From: a virus
Taxonomy: Duplodnaviria > Caudoviricetes
Reading direction: 5' to 3' (one strand)
DNA length: 64,000 nucleotides
IMG/VR virus record: IMGVR_UViG_3300032053_000004
Coordinates: 1 to 64,000 of that record
Shown here piece by piece: positions 44,092 to 53,838 of this stretch. The notes beneath the pieces are model-generated. The model saw only the letters and a list, made by a program, of their open reading frames with translations. It had not been told where the DNA came from and did not search any database. Position 1 is the first letter of the stretch; each line of letters starts with the position of its first letter. The position numbers and the translations under genes are program-made.

Positions 44092-44352
44092 ATGGTCAAA
44101 AATAAGAAGAAAAAAGAAGAGAAGAAGAAGTCGAAGGAAATTTCTTTCGTTGTTTCTAAAATGGTTGAATTTTCAAATAAAGACGAATTTGAACAACAAA
44201 AGGATAAATTAGTCGAGGAGCTCGAGGAGCTCGATTATGAAGTTTCAGACCACGTTGATGACGAAACCGTAGATGACGACGGTCCTAATTTTGACGAGGA
44301 AGAGGAAGAAGAGGAAGAAGAATTAGAAGAAGATGATGATGATATAGATTAA
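44092..44352 (+). CDS. Small protein with basic N-terminus and highly acidic tail
   Basis: GAGG RBS; poly-E/D C-terminus. Confidence 0.7.
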   Translation: MVKNKKKKEEKKKSKEISFVVSKMVEFSNKDEFEQQKDKLVEELEELDYEVSDHVDDETVDDDGPNFDEEEEEEEEELEEDDDDID

Positions 44353-44387
44353 TATATTATTCAGTCGTTTATTGAGTTACCGAATAA

Positions 44388-45098
44388 ATGGCAAAACGAT
44401 TACCTGACGTCATTACGACTTGCACTCCAGAACAGATGTTCCATGCTTTGGCATTAGCATGGGTCAATATGTTCGATGAAGTTCCCAAAATCAATTCAAT
44501 TTTGGTTCTTCTTTGCCAGTGGGTGCTTGAAACGGGTTGGGGTAAGAGTTGTCATTGTTGGAATGTCGGTAATTTTAAATCTTCTGATGGTGATGGATAT
44601 GATTATGTATATTATAAATGTGATGAGCGATACGATCCGGTACAGGCCCAGCATTACATAAATAATGCTGGGAAACGTAGTGATGGTTCTGGCCTTTCTA
44701 ACGTAGCTTTAGAATCGAAGAACAAAGATGGAACGTGGACCGTTTATTTTTGGCCTGATCATCCGGTGAGTCGTTTTAGAGCATCAAATACGATTGAAGA
44801 TGGGGTTAAGATTTATTTGTCCTCAATGTTCAATCGGTTCAGTAAAGCTTGGCCCGCTGTTTTAGCGGGTAATCCTGATGCCTTTGTTCATTTGTTAAAA
44901 ATTCAAGGGTATTTTACTGCGGACGAAGAGCAATATCGTAAGACTGAGCATTCTGTGTTCAATACATTATCCGTCAAACATTTTGATATGTCAGACCTTC
45001 CAATTTTGAGTGATGATCATAGGGCTCAAATCGAAGGTCTAATTGCTTTAACGTCCTCTCAATTTTCAGATACCACTCCTCCCGAAAAATTAACATGA
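44388..45098 (+). CDS. Glucosaminidase (GH73-like) peptidoglycan hydrolase / endolysin candidate
   Basis: QWVLETGWGKS...WNVGNFK...FRA...Y...RF..A...F...LK..GYFTA...Y. Confidence 0.72.
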   Translation: MAKRLPDVITTCTPEQMFHALALAWVNMFDEVPKINSILVLLCQWVLETGWGKSCHCWNVGNFKSSDGDGYDYVYYKCDERYDPVQAQHYINNAGKRSDGSGLSNVALESKNKDGTWTVYFWPDHPVSRFRASNTIEDGVKIYLSSMFNRFSKAWPAVLAGNPDAFVHLLKIQGYFTADEEQYRKTEHSVFNTLSVKHFDMSDLPILSDDHRAQIEGLIALTSSQFSDTTPPEKLT

Positions 45099-45103
45099 TT
45101 TGA

Positions 45104-45445
45104 GTGTATTTATTTTTCATGACTGAAGCAACGATTAAGAATTTTACAGTGTCATATTCTTTGGAATTATATAGAGGGGGCGAAAAGTCTTCTTCTTTCG
45201 TATCTGCCGGAGTTGAATTTTTGAACCCAGTTTCTGTAGAAGATTTTCCTTTATCCCACATAGAAGCTTCTTACAAAGTTGCCGTTGCAACTATCCATGA
45301 CGCTTTAGTTCGTGGATATTTGACTTTGGAACAAGCAAACGGAAGAATTTCTGATCTTCGTCAAAATTGTGATAATCTTCGTGAAGCTCTTTCTAAACCA
45401 ATTCCTGTCGCTGATGGGTCAACCGAAGATCTGGAAAACAACTGA
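45104..45445 (+). CDS. Hypothetical protein
   Basis: In operon with recombination genes. Confidence 0.6.
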   Translation: MYLFFMTEATIKNFTVSYSLELYRGGEKSSSFVSAGVEFLNPVSVEDFPLSHIEASYKVAVATIHDALVRGYLTLEQANGRISDLRQNCDNLREALSKPIPVADGSTEDLENN

Positions 45446-46194
45446 TGAATCAAGATTTAACTCTTGAAAAAATAGATCAAATCCTTGAGGAAATTTCAGG
45501 ATATGAAGTAAAGCTTGAAGAAGATCCAACTCTTCCTGAATTGGGAAATAAATACTTACAACGTATTTTATCTCAATGTCGCCAATATTTAAATAGAGTC
45601 CAATATTATTTACAACTAGCTAAACGAACTGAAAAATCTCTTCGTTCTCAGGTTCGGGAATATGAACTTGATCTTGATTTAAAAACAAATAATCTCTTAG
45701 CCGATGACCAAATAGTAAGAAAACAGCCTAGCATTGAAGATAGGAAAGCCTTAGCGGCTTCTCAACTTAAAGATGAACATGAAAATTTAGCTAAATTAAG
45801 AGTCTTTCTTCTAAATGTTGAAGAAGGATCAAAAATCATTAAACATAAGTATGATCATCTTCGAGCCACCAATCAGGATATAAGACTTCAGAGAAATATG
45901 GTCCGGGACGATATAGGCCCTGGAGATGATGGGTATCAACCACCAACTAAAGATCGGGATGGTTCTGTTTTAGGTGGTTTGCCTCCAGTTGTTCGATCGA
46001 GAATCATAGACCCTAAAGATATTTTAGATCCGGATAAGCGTCCTGCGGATCTCCCAGAACCAGTTGATGCTGTTCATGCTCAGCAGATAGCAGAATTCTA
46101 TTCTCGTTCTCAACCAGAACCGATCGTTCAAAAATCTCAGTCTAGTGATTTTGAGAAACCTGTATCTGTTGACTATTCTGATCTTCTTAAATAA
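45445..46194 (+). CDS. Coiled-coil protein (possible recombination mediator)
   Basis: Long heptad region upstream of SSB/ruvC/recA. Confidence 0.55.
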   Translation: MNQDLTLEKIDQILEEISGYEVKLEEDPTLPELGNKYLQRILSQCRQYLNRVQYYLQLAKRTEKSLRSQVREYELDLDLKTNNLLADDQIVRKQPSIEDRKALAASQLKDEHENLAKLRVFLLNVEEGSKIIKHKYDHLRATNQDIRLQRNMVRDDIGPGDDGYQPPTKDRDGSVLGGLPPVVRSRIIDPKDILDPDKRPADLPEPVDAVHAQQIAEFYSRSQPEPIVQKSQSSDFEKPVSVDYSDLLK

Positions 46195-46276
46195 TGTGGT
46201 CTTCAGTGTAATTTTTCTCTTACCCATTCAAGGGTAGTTCACCGTAACAGTTCGAAAGTAGAAGGAACATAGAAAA

Positions 46277-47143
46277 ATGTCAGATGTTGTTGATTTCAGT
46301 TTTGACGAAGCGAAGGTCATTAAGGCGCAGGGTATTGAACTTTTCAAGCAGACCAGGAGTGGTGAAAAGCATCGGGTATCTTTGATAGCATTCAAAAAGA
46401 TTCACGATATTATCCTCGCTGATAAGACCAGCCAGAAGGGTTCTCCTTTAACCGACGCGGAGAAGGCTGAATATCTGGCTAAGATTGAGAAGAATCTTGC
46501 CGGTCAGCTCAATAAGTCCGAAAAGGATTTGACTGAGGTTGACCGCCTTGACATTCGGCATCCGAAGTTTTCATACTCTTTCACCCATTATGGTGATGGG
46601 GTTGGGACTATCCGATGCTTAAGCAAGTATGAAGGTAGCAATGTTCTCAAGCAAGAAATTTGCTGTGATAAGTTCGGGGACGCGGATCAAACCGTAGCTA
46701 CGGTTTGCATGACCTACCCGGTTGACTCCAATTTCGGAGTTGATGAAGATCTCCTCAAGGCACGTAAATATACAAATGTTTATGTGTGGAGACTCGGATC
46801 GAAGAAATTCCAGAAGCTTGTTGCAACATACAACACGGCCAAAGAGGACAATAAGTCTGTTCTTGATCTGAAGGTTACGCTCGACGGTGATCCGAAGTAT
46901 CAGAAGCAGACTATTGAGACCGCAGCTTCTGCTTTTTGGGCTCGTGAGGGTGTGGATCCGGCCATCCGTACTTGGGTACTCGAGCAAGGTCTTCGTGCCT
47001 ATAAGCACGTGGCTGATAATCTTGGATACGCCATGCCTAAGGAGAAGTTGCTTGAGCGTCTCAGCGGGTCAAGCCCGTCCTTCTCCGGGGGAGAAGAAGA
47101 GAAGCCAAAGCTAACATCTGGATACAACTCACTTTTGGAGTGA
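46277..47143 (+). CDS. Single-stranded DNA-binding protein, gp32-like (putative)
   Basis: C..CC cluster, aromatic strands, DLKVT..DPKYQK, acidic tail; context next to ruvC/recA. Confidence 0.6.
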   Translation: MSDVVDFSFDEAKVIKAQGIELFKQTRSGEKHRVSLIAFKKIHDIILADKTSQKGSPLTDAEKAEYLAKIEKNLAGQLNKSEKDLTEVDRLDIRHPKFSYSFTHYGDGVGTIRCLSKYEGSNVLKQEICCDKFGDADQTVATVCMTYPVDSNFGVDEDLLKARKYTNVYVWRLGSKKFQKLVATYNTAKEDNKSVLDLKVTLDGDPKYQKQTIETAASAFWAREGVDPAIRTWVLEQGLRAYKHVADNLGYAMPKEKLLERLSGSSPSFSGGEEEKPKLTSGYNSLLE

Positions 47144-47235
47144 TAAAAATTTAGTGCTACGGAGCGGAAGTATCTTCCGCTCCGTAGCATCGTGCTCTAG
47201 GTTATATCAGCTCTTAAATATTTGTTGAAAAATAC

Positions 47236-47958
47236 ATGATAGCACTTGGTTTAGACCCGAGTTTGAGATCATACGGGTGGTGTGTCTATGATAGTAAAGC
47301 GGGTCCCAGAACTCGTTTAGTGGCTAGTGGTCACGATGGAACGCTGAATTCTATTGTTCCTGTTGCTAGATTTATGCATTTTCGTGCTCTTGTTCGTGAT
47401 ATAATTAAAAAGTATTCAATCGAGGCTGTCGGGATTGAGAGTCCGGCATACGGAGGAGGGCCTTTTAGCGAAGCTCATTTTGGTCTCATGATGTTTTCTT
47501 TAGAGGCCACTTTTGAGAGTCGTTTAGATTGTGTTCTTTTCGATCCCGCTACATTAAAATATTTAGCCAAATCTGATCCGAATAAAAAAGGTATATTCGG
47601 TAAATCAGATATGCAAAAATTCGTTATGATGGATACGAATTCAACGAAAACTGTAAACAATAATGAAGCTGACGCTTATTGTGTTGCTCGTTTTTGTTCT
47701 CGTATGATAGATACTGTTAATGGTAGTCTTGACCCAAATTCCTTATCTGAAACGGAAAAATCGGTTTTTATAGGAAGAACGAAAACTATTAAACGTCCTT
47801 CAGGTATTAAAATAGTTAAACGTACTGCTTATGCATTTCGGGAAAATAGTAGATTTTTTCGTTTTAGTCATGTTCCTCATGGAGACTTAAATCTTCCTCT
47901 TAAAACTCAAATAGACGAAAATCTCTTGAAGTTTCTTGAGAAAAGTGAATCTGTTTGA
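47236..47958 (+). CDS. ruvC: RuvC-like Holliday junction resolvase
   Basis: LGLDPSL..YGW, GIESP, P.TLK, K..M, NNEADAY. Confidence 0.82.
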   Translation: MIALGLDPSLRSYGWCVYDSKAGPRTRLVASGHDGTLNSIVPVARFMHFRALVRDIIKKYSIEAVGIESPAYGGGPFSEAHFGLMMFSLEATFESRLDCVLFDPATLKYLAKSDPNKKGIFGKSDMQKFVMMDTNSTKTVNNNEADAYCVARFCSRMIDTVNGSLDPNSLSETEKSVFIGRTKTIKRPSGIKIVKRTAYAFRENSRFFRFSHVPHGDLNLPLKTQIDENLLKFLEKSESV

Positions 47959-47985
47959 AATGTACGTTCGTTCACCGGAGGATTT

Positions 47986-49278
47986 ATGGCATCAAAGATA
48001 GCTCTTCACCCGAAACTTGCTCGTGTCATCAAAATGGTGGACGGCCAAGCAAACTTAAAAGACGTTATGGTCAATCCGAGTTTTCGGATTGATTGTATAA
48101 ATACTGGTAGCACAGTGATGAATATGCTCATCGGTGGGAGTCGTCTTTCTGACGGTTCGTTTGTTTGTCCTGGATGGCCTAGAGGGCATATTGTCGAGAT
48201 TTATGGTAGAGAAAGCTCTGGGAAAACGACTATTGCTTTGACTGCCATGGCGCAAGCTATTTCTGCGAACGGATGCGGTCTTTATGTTGATTTAGAATGT
48301 GCAGTTAAAGATCATTATGCCATGAAACTCGGTGTTGACTTTCGTTCTCCTGAACTTGGTGGAGGCGGTCGTGCTTTACGCGCTTCTCCTCACACGTTTG
48401 AAGAGACTGAGGCTATTGTCATGAGTGCCGCGTTAAACGGAGTCGATATAATAGTTATCGATTCTGTTGCTGGTTTAGTTTCACGTCGTGAAATATCAAG
48501 AAATCCAATCAATGAAACTGAAAAATTGGGTGTTGCTGAAATTCCTCGTTTAATGTCCGGTTGGATGCCGAAATTACAGCAAGTTATTTCACGAACTAAG
48601 ACTTTAGTTATATTTCTGAACCAGACCAGAGATAAAATCGGAGCCATGGGTTACACTGAAGAAGCTAAGAAGAGTACCACTGGAGGGAATGCTCTTAAGT
48701 TTTGGGCCGCTATACGTATGATGCTTAAGCCTAAACAATCAACAAAAGCAAAACTTTTCAACCCTCTTTTAAAGCAAGATGAAGATGTTCAAATATCGAA
48801 TGATATTGAAGCTAAAATGATTAAAAATAAGATCGATTCTCGTCAAGGACACTCAGGTTTAATCACTATTCGTTACGGGGTCGGTGTTGATGAGATGCGG
48901 ACCATGCTAAACGTTGCTCTTGCTTATGGTGTTGTGAAATCTGGGAAAAACAGCAGAAAACAAGATATTTTTTCTTTTACTTCCCCTTCAACTGGGAAGG
49001 TTATAGAAACCATCGGAATCGAAAAATTTCGTATGCAAGTTAATGCTGATAAAGATGTTTTAAATGACATGCTTTCTATAAGTACTGAGCATATTCTTCA
49101 AGGGTTTAAAGAAATTGATGATGCTCAACTTGCGGAACTTTCAGAAAATGCGGTAATCACTTCTGCTGAAGAAGAAGGAGGGGACGAGTATGAAGACTCA
49201 GGAGAGCCAAGTTTTGTTGAAGCAGCTCCTGAACAAGAAAGCGATATCAAGGCTCTCCAAGTTGAGATAGATTCATGA
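47986..49278 (+). CDS. recA: RecA recombinase
   Basis: GWPRGHIVEIYGRESSGKTT, IVIDSVAGL, IFLNQTRDKIG, TTGGNALKFWA. Confidence 0.95.
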   Translation: MASKIALHPKLARVIKMVDGQANLKDVMVNPSFRIDCINTGSTVMNMLIGGSRLSDGSFVCPGWPRGHIVEIYGRESSGKTTIALTAMAQAISANGCGLYVDLECAVKDHYAMKLGVDFRSPELGGGGRALRASPHTFEETEAIVMSAALNGVDIIVIDSVAGLVSRREISRNPINETEKLGVAEIPRLMSGWMPKLQQVISRTKTLVIFLNQTRDKIGAMGYTEEAKKSTTGGNALKFWAAIRMMLKPKQSTKAKLFNPLLKQDEDVQISNDIEAKMIKNKIDSRQGHSGLITIRYGVGVDEMRTMLNVALAYGVVKSGKNSRKQDIFSFTSPSTGKVIETIGIEKFRMQVNADKDVLNDMLSISTEHILQGFKEIDDAQLAELSENAVITSAEEEGGDEYEDSGEPSFVEAAPEQESDIKALQVEIDS

Positions 49279-50567
49279 ATCAAGACTTACATCCTATTGA
49301 AGTTAGCATACAAAATTACCAATCTATAGATAACCTTAATTTTGAAATATACGGATTCACGTGTATTACCGGAAAATCTAATATTGGTAAAAGTGCCATT
49401 GTTAGAGCTATTTCTTCAGCTTTAGTAAACAACCCTGTTGTCGGTGCAGTCAGAAAGGGTGCTTCTTTTTGTTCTGTTTTAGTTCGTTCTAATGATTGGG
49501 AACTTATTTGGGAGAAAAGTGAAAAAGGATCTGGAAAGTATCTCGTTAACGGAAAATCATATGATAAAGTTGGTCAAGGTCAGATAGAACCAGTTCAAAG
49601 TTTAGGGTTTAAATCTGTTAAAGTAGGGAGCAAAAACACTTATCCTTGGTTGGCTTCTCAATTTTCTCCTATATTCTTGTTGGATGAATCCGGCCCGGCC
49701 ATAACTGACTTCATTTCTGAAGTATCTCGTTTAAATGTTCTTCAAAATTCGATCTCAATCAGTTTAAAAGGGAAAAAGAGTGCACTCGATGAAGCTAGGA
49801 TTAAGACACTTGATGTTCAAATCGCAAAAGATAAAATATCATCTTTAAATAAACTCGATGATTTAATAAATTTAGGTTTGGACCTTGAGGCTCAAGCCAA
49901 TTCTATTAGAGAGTATGAGAGCAAAATCCTTTCAGGTCAATCGTTTATTGAAAAAATCAGTTCTCATTCTAACAAAGTTAACTCGTTATCCAGTATTGAC
50001 GGTGTTAATGTTCCTGACGATAAAATAACTCCTCTTTTTGATTATTATTTTAAAGTCCATTCCCTTTGGAAGTTGATAGATAGCGCAGCGAATAAAGTTA
50101 TTTCTATTAGGAACGGATCTAAATTAATTATTCCTGATTTGCTGGAAAAAGAGTATGACACTTTCAAGTCTGTTCAAAGATTTGAAGGATATACTGATTT
50201 AAAACAATCGGTTTCTGATTTAGACAAGTCTATGGTCATTCCTGATTTAAATTTAAATCAGGAATTTGATGAATTTAAATCTATGTCAAATCTAAATGAC
50301 AAAATCAGAGTTGTTGCTGAATCTATCATTTTCTTAAATAAGAAACTCGACGTACCTGAATCGGATGCTGATTTTGATAATTTTTCTAAGATGTCAGTCT
50401 TAAATGGAAAAATTAAAGATATCACCGATGAAATGGACGATTTGTGTTCCTCGTTTAACACTTTTGATTTTGAGTTGAAAAATTTGGAAGAAGAAATTTC
50501 TAAAATACCCTCCTGTCCATCTTGTGGTAGACCTGTATCAGATAGTCATTCAACCCACGCTTCGTAA
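49275..50567 (+). CDS. Rad50/SbcC (gp46-like) ATPase, N-terminal half ending at zinc hook
   Basis: NYQSI, Walker A GKSNIGKS, Q-loop SQFSPIFLL, coiled coil, terminal CPSCGRP; no signature or Walker B. Confidence 0.8.
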   Translation: MNQDLHPIEVSIQNYQSIDNLNFEIYGFTCITGKSNIGKSAIVRAISSALVNNPVVGAVRKGASFCSVLVRSNDWELIWEKSEKGSGKYLVNGKSYDKVGQGQIEPVQSLGFKSVKVGSKNTYPWLASQFSPIFLLDESGPAITDFISEVSRLNVLQNSISISLKGKKSALDEARIKTLDVQIAKDKISSLNKLDDLINLGLDLEAQANSIREYESKILSGQSFIEKISSHSNKVNSLSSIDGVNVPDDKITPLFDYYFKVHSLWKLIDSAANKVISIRNGSKLIIPDLLEKEYDTFKSVQRFEGYTDLKQSVSDLDKSMVIPDLNLNQEFDEFKSMSNLNDKIRVVAESIIFLNKKLDVPESDADFDNFSKMSVLNGKIKDITDEMDDLCSSFNTFDFELKNLEEEISKIPSCPSCGRPVSDSHSTHAS

Positions 50568-50596
50568 ATTTAAATATTTTCTAAATATCATGTTTA

Positions 50597-51004
50597 ATGG
50601 GTTTCTTAATTAAAGAAAATTTATTATCAATATTTATTGATAATAAGATGGAAGGTGTTTTAAAGGTCAATTTGACTTTTAAAAATAACTCTCGTGTTTG
50701 TATTGCCGTTTATGACGGAATATCCATAGAACAAGCTGTTAATGTTACCGGTGATGTATCTTATAACCGGATGGAATTCATCAACAGTATTGCTAATGAA
50801 GTTAGCGACATCTGTGTAACCATTCTTGGGAGTGCAAATATAGCACTTCTTTCTGACCATGCAGAAAAAGAGTTTTTGTCTAAATGGGAGAAAGTCATAT
50901 TCTTTAATATAGTAAAAAGTTATTCTTTACATGAAAAAGTTTCTTATGAAGATGCAATTCAGGTTGTTAACGAGCTATACTCTATTCCAGTAATAGATGG
51001 ATAA
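50597..51004 (+). CDS. Hypothetical protein with C-terminal tag
   Basis: Ends LYSIPVIDG. Confidence 0.65.
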   Translation: MGFLIKENLLSIFIDNKMEGVLKVNLTFKNNSRVCIAVYDGISIEQAVNVTGDVSYNRMEFINSIANEVSDICVTILGSANIALLSDHAEKEFLSKWEKVIFFNIVKSYSLHEKVSYEDAIQVVNELYSIPVIDG

Positions 51005-51218
51005 TGTAAAGTGTTTTATGTTAACAAAACCTGTTATTGAATATACTGAAACTGAGTTATTTTCTATTTTAAATTCTGTTTCTAATGAAATTAAACGAAG
51101 AAATATTTTACTTGGATCTCCTAAAACTGCAAATAGTCCTAGTATTAATCTTCAAGAGAGTTTAAAAGTTCTCGTTGAAGTATTAGGTCCAGCTCTTCAA
51201 AATCTACAAAAGAAATGA
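50997..51218 (+). CDS. Small hypothetical protein
   Basis: Overlapping operon gene. Confidence 0.55.
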   Translation: MDNVKCFMLTKPVIEYTETELFSILNSVSNEIKRRNILLGSPKTANSPSINLQESLKVLVEVLGPALQNLQKK

Positions 51219-51225
51219 GGCATAC

Positions 51226-51606
51226 TTGTCCGATCTTTCTCAGAATGGCAGTTGTGTTAAGATCATAGGTCCGGGGCCTGATCCTCAAGAGTTTACTCTA
51301 ACTTTCGATGGAGAGTTTTTATTTAAATATGGGCCGGAACGAGATATTGAAATAATTAATATTTTCTGGCATATTCTTGCGATCCAACCAGATGTTTTTT
51401 ATGTGAAAGATAATCCTTTAATCACTATCAGTTCCGGTAATCATTCTGATGGAACCGGAGGATCTTCTGTAGAAATTACAGATGGAAAATTTAAAACTAT
51501 AGGCTGTGTTGATACTGAACGCAGCAATGCGTTTTGGTCTGCTATAGCAGACAATTATTCTCAGTTTATTGATACTTTATTGACTAAAGACGTGGTTGAT
51601 GCTTAG
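51226..51606 (+). CDS. Hypothetical protein with C-terminal tag
   Basis: GAGG RBS; ends LTKDVVDA. Confidence 0.65.
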   Translation: MSDLSQNGSCVKIIGPGPDPQEFTLTFDGEFLFKYGPERDIEIINIFWHILAIQPDVFYVKDNPLITISSGNHSDGTGGSSVEITDGKFKTIGCVDTERSNAFWSAIADNYSQFIDTLLTKDVVDA

Positions 51607-51659
51607 AAGTTTTATGGATTGGGTTTCATTTTTTTTTAGTATCAAGGCAATATGCGCAT

Positions 51660-52139
51660 TCAATCGACGCTCAGTTCAACAGATTTAATCGGAGCGTTCA
51701 TTTCTTTTTCATGATTTACTATGTTATTTAACGAAATTCCTAATTGAGCTCTGGCTTCTTCTAGAAGTTTAACTGTTCTGATTAATGTTTCTTTATCGTA
51801 GTTAAAATCCCAATCTTCATAATGTCTCTTCATTGCATTTTGAGCATCTTTAATTGCTCGCATTGTTTCAACAGGGCCGATACGGTCTATTTCTATGTCT
51901 CTTAATGTTGAATAACATGTCCAGCCCTTTCTATGATAATACTGTGAGTGTTCCTTTTTCGGGTTTTCATCTATTCGGGCCATGGCTTTAATTCTGACCC
52001 AATCCATATACTTTAGACGTTTTTCAGTCATAACGCTTTTTGGTATTATGACTGCTACTTCGTCCTCTTCACATTCTATTGTCCCATCGAACATAATTTG
52101 TCCATATGGAATCGATATCGGATAATCTATTAATGACAT
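51660..52139 (-). CDS. Hypothetical protein
   Basis: TGTAAA-N7-ATG. Confidence 0.65.
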   Translation of the reverse strand: MSLIDYPISIPYGQIMFDGTIECEEDEVAVIIPKSVMTEKRLKYMDWVRIKAMARIDENPKKEHSQYYHRKGWTCYSTLRDIEIDRIGPVETMRAIKDAQNAMKRHYEDWDFNYDKETLIRTVKLLEEARAQLGISLNNIVNHEKEMNAPIKSVELSVD

Positions 52140-52436
52140 TTTTGATTTTACACTCGAGAAAGTTCTCGCACCATCAAAAAGCTAATTTCCAATCAACAGT
52201 CCAGTGTTCTTTTTCGGTTAGATTTTCATCGAGTCTTTTAAGTATGAGGCAAATCCTCTGGAGCCCTGAAAAAGGTGAATGTAGTTGTTGCGGGAGTCGC
52301 AATAGTTGCATACGTCGGTTTACTTCTGAGAATATTCACTTCATGTACTGTGTTGTGTGTTGGAATCATGTTCAGGATGATGTAGAGTTCAGTTCTGGAG
52401 ATTGGTCTAGTAGCGAAGCTGTAATTTTTGAAATAG

Positions 52437-53120
52437 ATGGAAATCCACAAGAATCTTGGGTCTGGAACTGAAAAATATCGTCCGAATTTAGACGACGGGC
52501 CATCATCCTACTTTCAAAAAGCTGAAATATTCGCGAAAGAGTTTTATTCTGAAGAGTTGACTCGTATTTCTTCAACGAAATTTGAATCAGTTAGTCCTGA
52601 TTTCTTTTTTCGAGAATATATTTGGGTAGTTCATGCTACTGGCTTTTCTGCAAAAGCTGTCGGAAAATTTTTCGACAAACTTTTAAATGCTTATGGTTCA
52701 TATGCTATTTTAGCAAATGAAGATTTTTCTACTGCTTGGTCTCGAATTCAGCCTGTTTGTAATAATAAACTAAAGGCTTCTTCTATCCATAAGATGGCGA
52801 AGTTGATGACTTCTGAATTTTCCGATTGGGGAACTTTTAAATCAACCAGACTGATCTCTCCACAAACTCTTGCACAACTTCCACATGTAGGACCAGTTAC
52901 TTGTTTTCATTTAGCCAGGAATATTGGAATACTTGATTGTGTAAAGCCTGATCTTCATTTAGTTCGTATGGCTGAACACTGGGGTTTTAAAGATTGTGAT
53001 GAAATGTGTTTGAGTATTCAAAAAGAGTATGATTATCCTCTAGGAATCATAGACTTGATTTTATGGTATTCAGCCAGTACGTTTGGAACTTTAGAGATAA
53101 AGAAAGACGGTCAACGATGA
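52437..53120 (+). CDS. HhH-GPD-superfamily DNA glycosylase-like protein
   Basis: HhH LAQLPHVGPVT followed by VKPDLHLVR. Confidence 0.7.
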   Translation: MEIHKNLGSGTEKYRPNLDDGPSSYFQKAEIFAKEFYSEELTRISSTKFESVSPDFFFREYIWVVHATGFSAKAVGKFFDKLLNAYGSYAILANEDFSTAWSRIQPVCNNKLKASSIHKMAKLMTSEFSDWGTFKSTRLISPQTLAQLPHVGPVTCFHLARNIGILDCVKPDLHLVRMAEHWGFKDCDEMCLSIQKEYDYPLGIIDLILWYSASTFGTLEIKKDGQR

Positions 53121-53815
53121 AACATTATATCATTGCCTTTTCCGGGTATTCTGGTGTTGGTAAAGACGAATGCTCCGGTCAATTAGTTAGATCGTATAAT
53201 GCTATCCATACTGGTCTTGCTGATCCTGGGAAAAGACATATGGCTGACACTTATGGATGGACTGAGGAACAACTTTTCGGTCCTAGTCATTTTAGAAATG
53301 TTGGGGATATGAAATACCCTAAATTTGAAGAAATACTCCCTGGTGTTGAAGAAGGGGACCCGAAATATTATTTATCTCCTAGGGAAGCCCTTCAAAAATA
53401 TATGGGTCTCATGAATGATCTTTATCCGAATACCTGGATACAAAAAGGTGTTTATATCCATCATCAATTGGGTATAGGTGACTGTTTATATACTAGAATG
53501 GGTGGTCTTAAAATTTCATACTCAGTAATAAAAAGAAATGAGCCCGGAAAAATTTTTACGACTTTTTCAGATTTTAGGCACAAAAATGAAATATCCTATT
53601 TGAGAAAACATGGGCCTGATTCTCCGGCTAAAGTAGAGACTATCCCTATAATTGTTAGGGTCAAACGTCCATCTATACCAAATCCCCCATATGATCATCG
53701 ATCTGAAGTTGAACAATCAACTATTCCAGACTCTGAATTTGATTTTGTTATAAATAATGATTCGACTTTGGAAGAATTATATCGAAAGGTTGACGGAATA
53801 GTATCATCCCTATAA
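53117..53815 (+). CDS. Deoxynucleoside monophosphate kinase (T4 gp1-like)
   Basis: FSGYSGVGKD, LADPGK, SPREALQ, NTWI, SDFRHKNE, H.SE, VINNDSTLEEL. Confidence 0.85.
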   Translation: MKHYIIAFSGYSGVGKDECSGQLVRSYNAIHTGLADPGKRHMADTYGWTEEQLFGPSHFRNVGDMKYPKFEEILPGVEEGDPKYYLSPREALQKYMGLMNDLYPNTWIQKGVYIHHQLGIGDCLYTRMGGLKISYSVIKRNEPGKIFTTFSDFRHKNEISYLRKHGPDSPAKVETIPIIVRVKRPSIPNPPYDHRSEVEQSTIPDSEFDFVINNDSTLEELYRKVDGIVSSL

Positions 53816-53838
53816 TAACCGTTTTTTCTTTCATTTAA

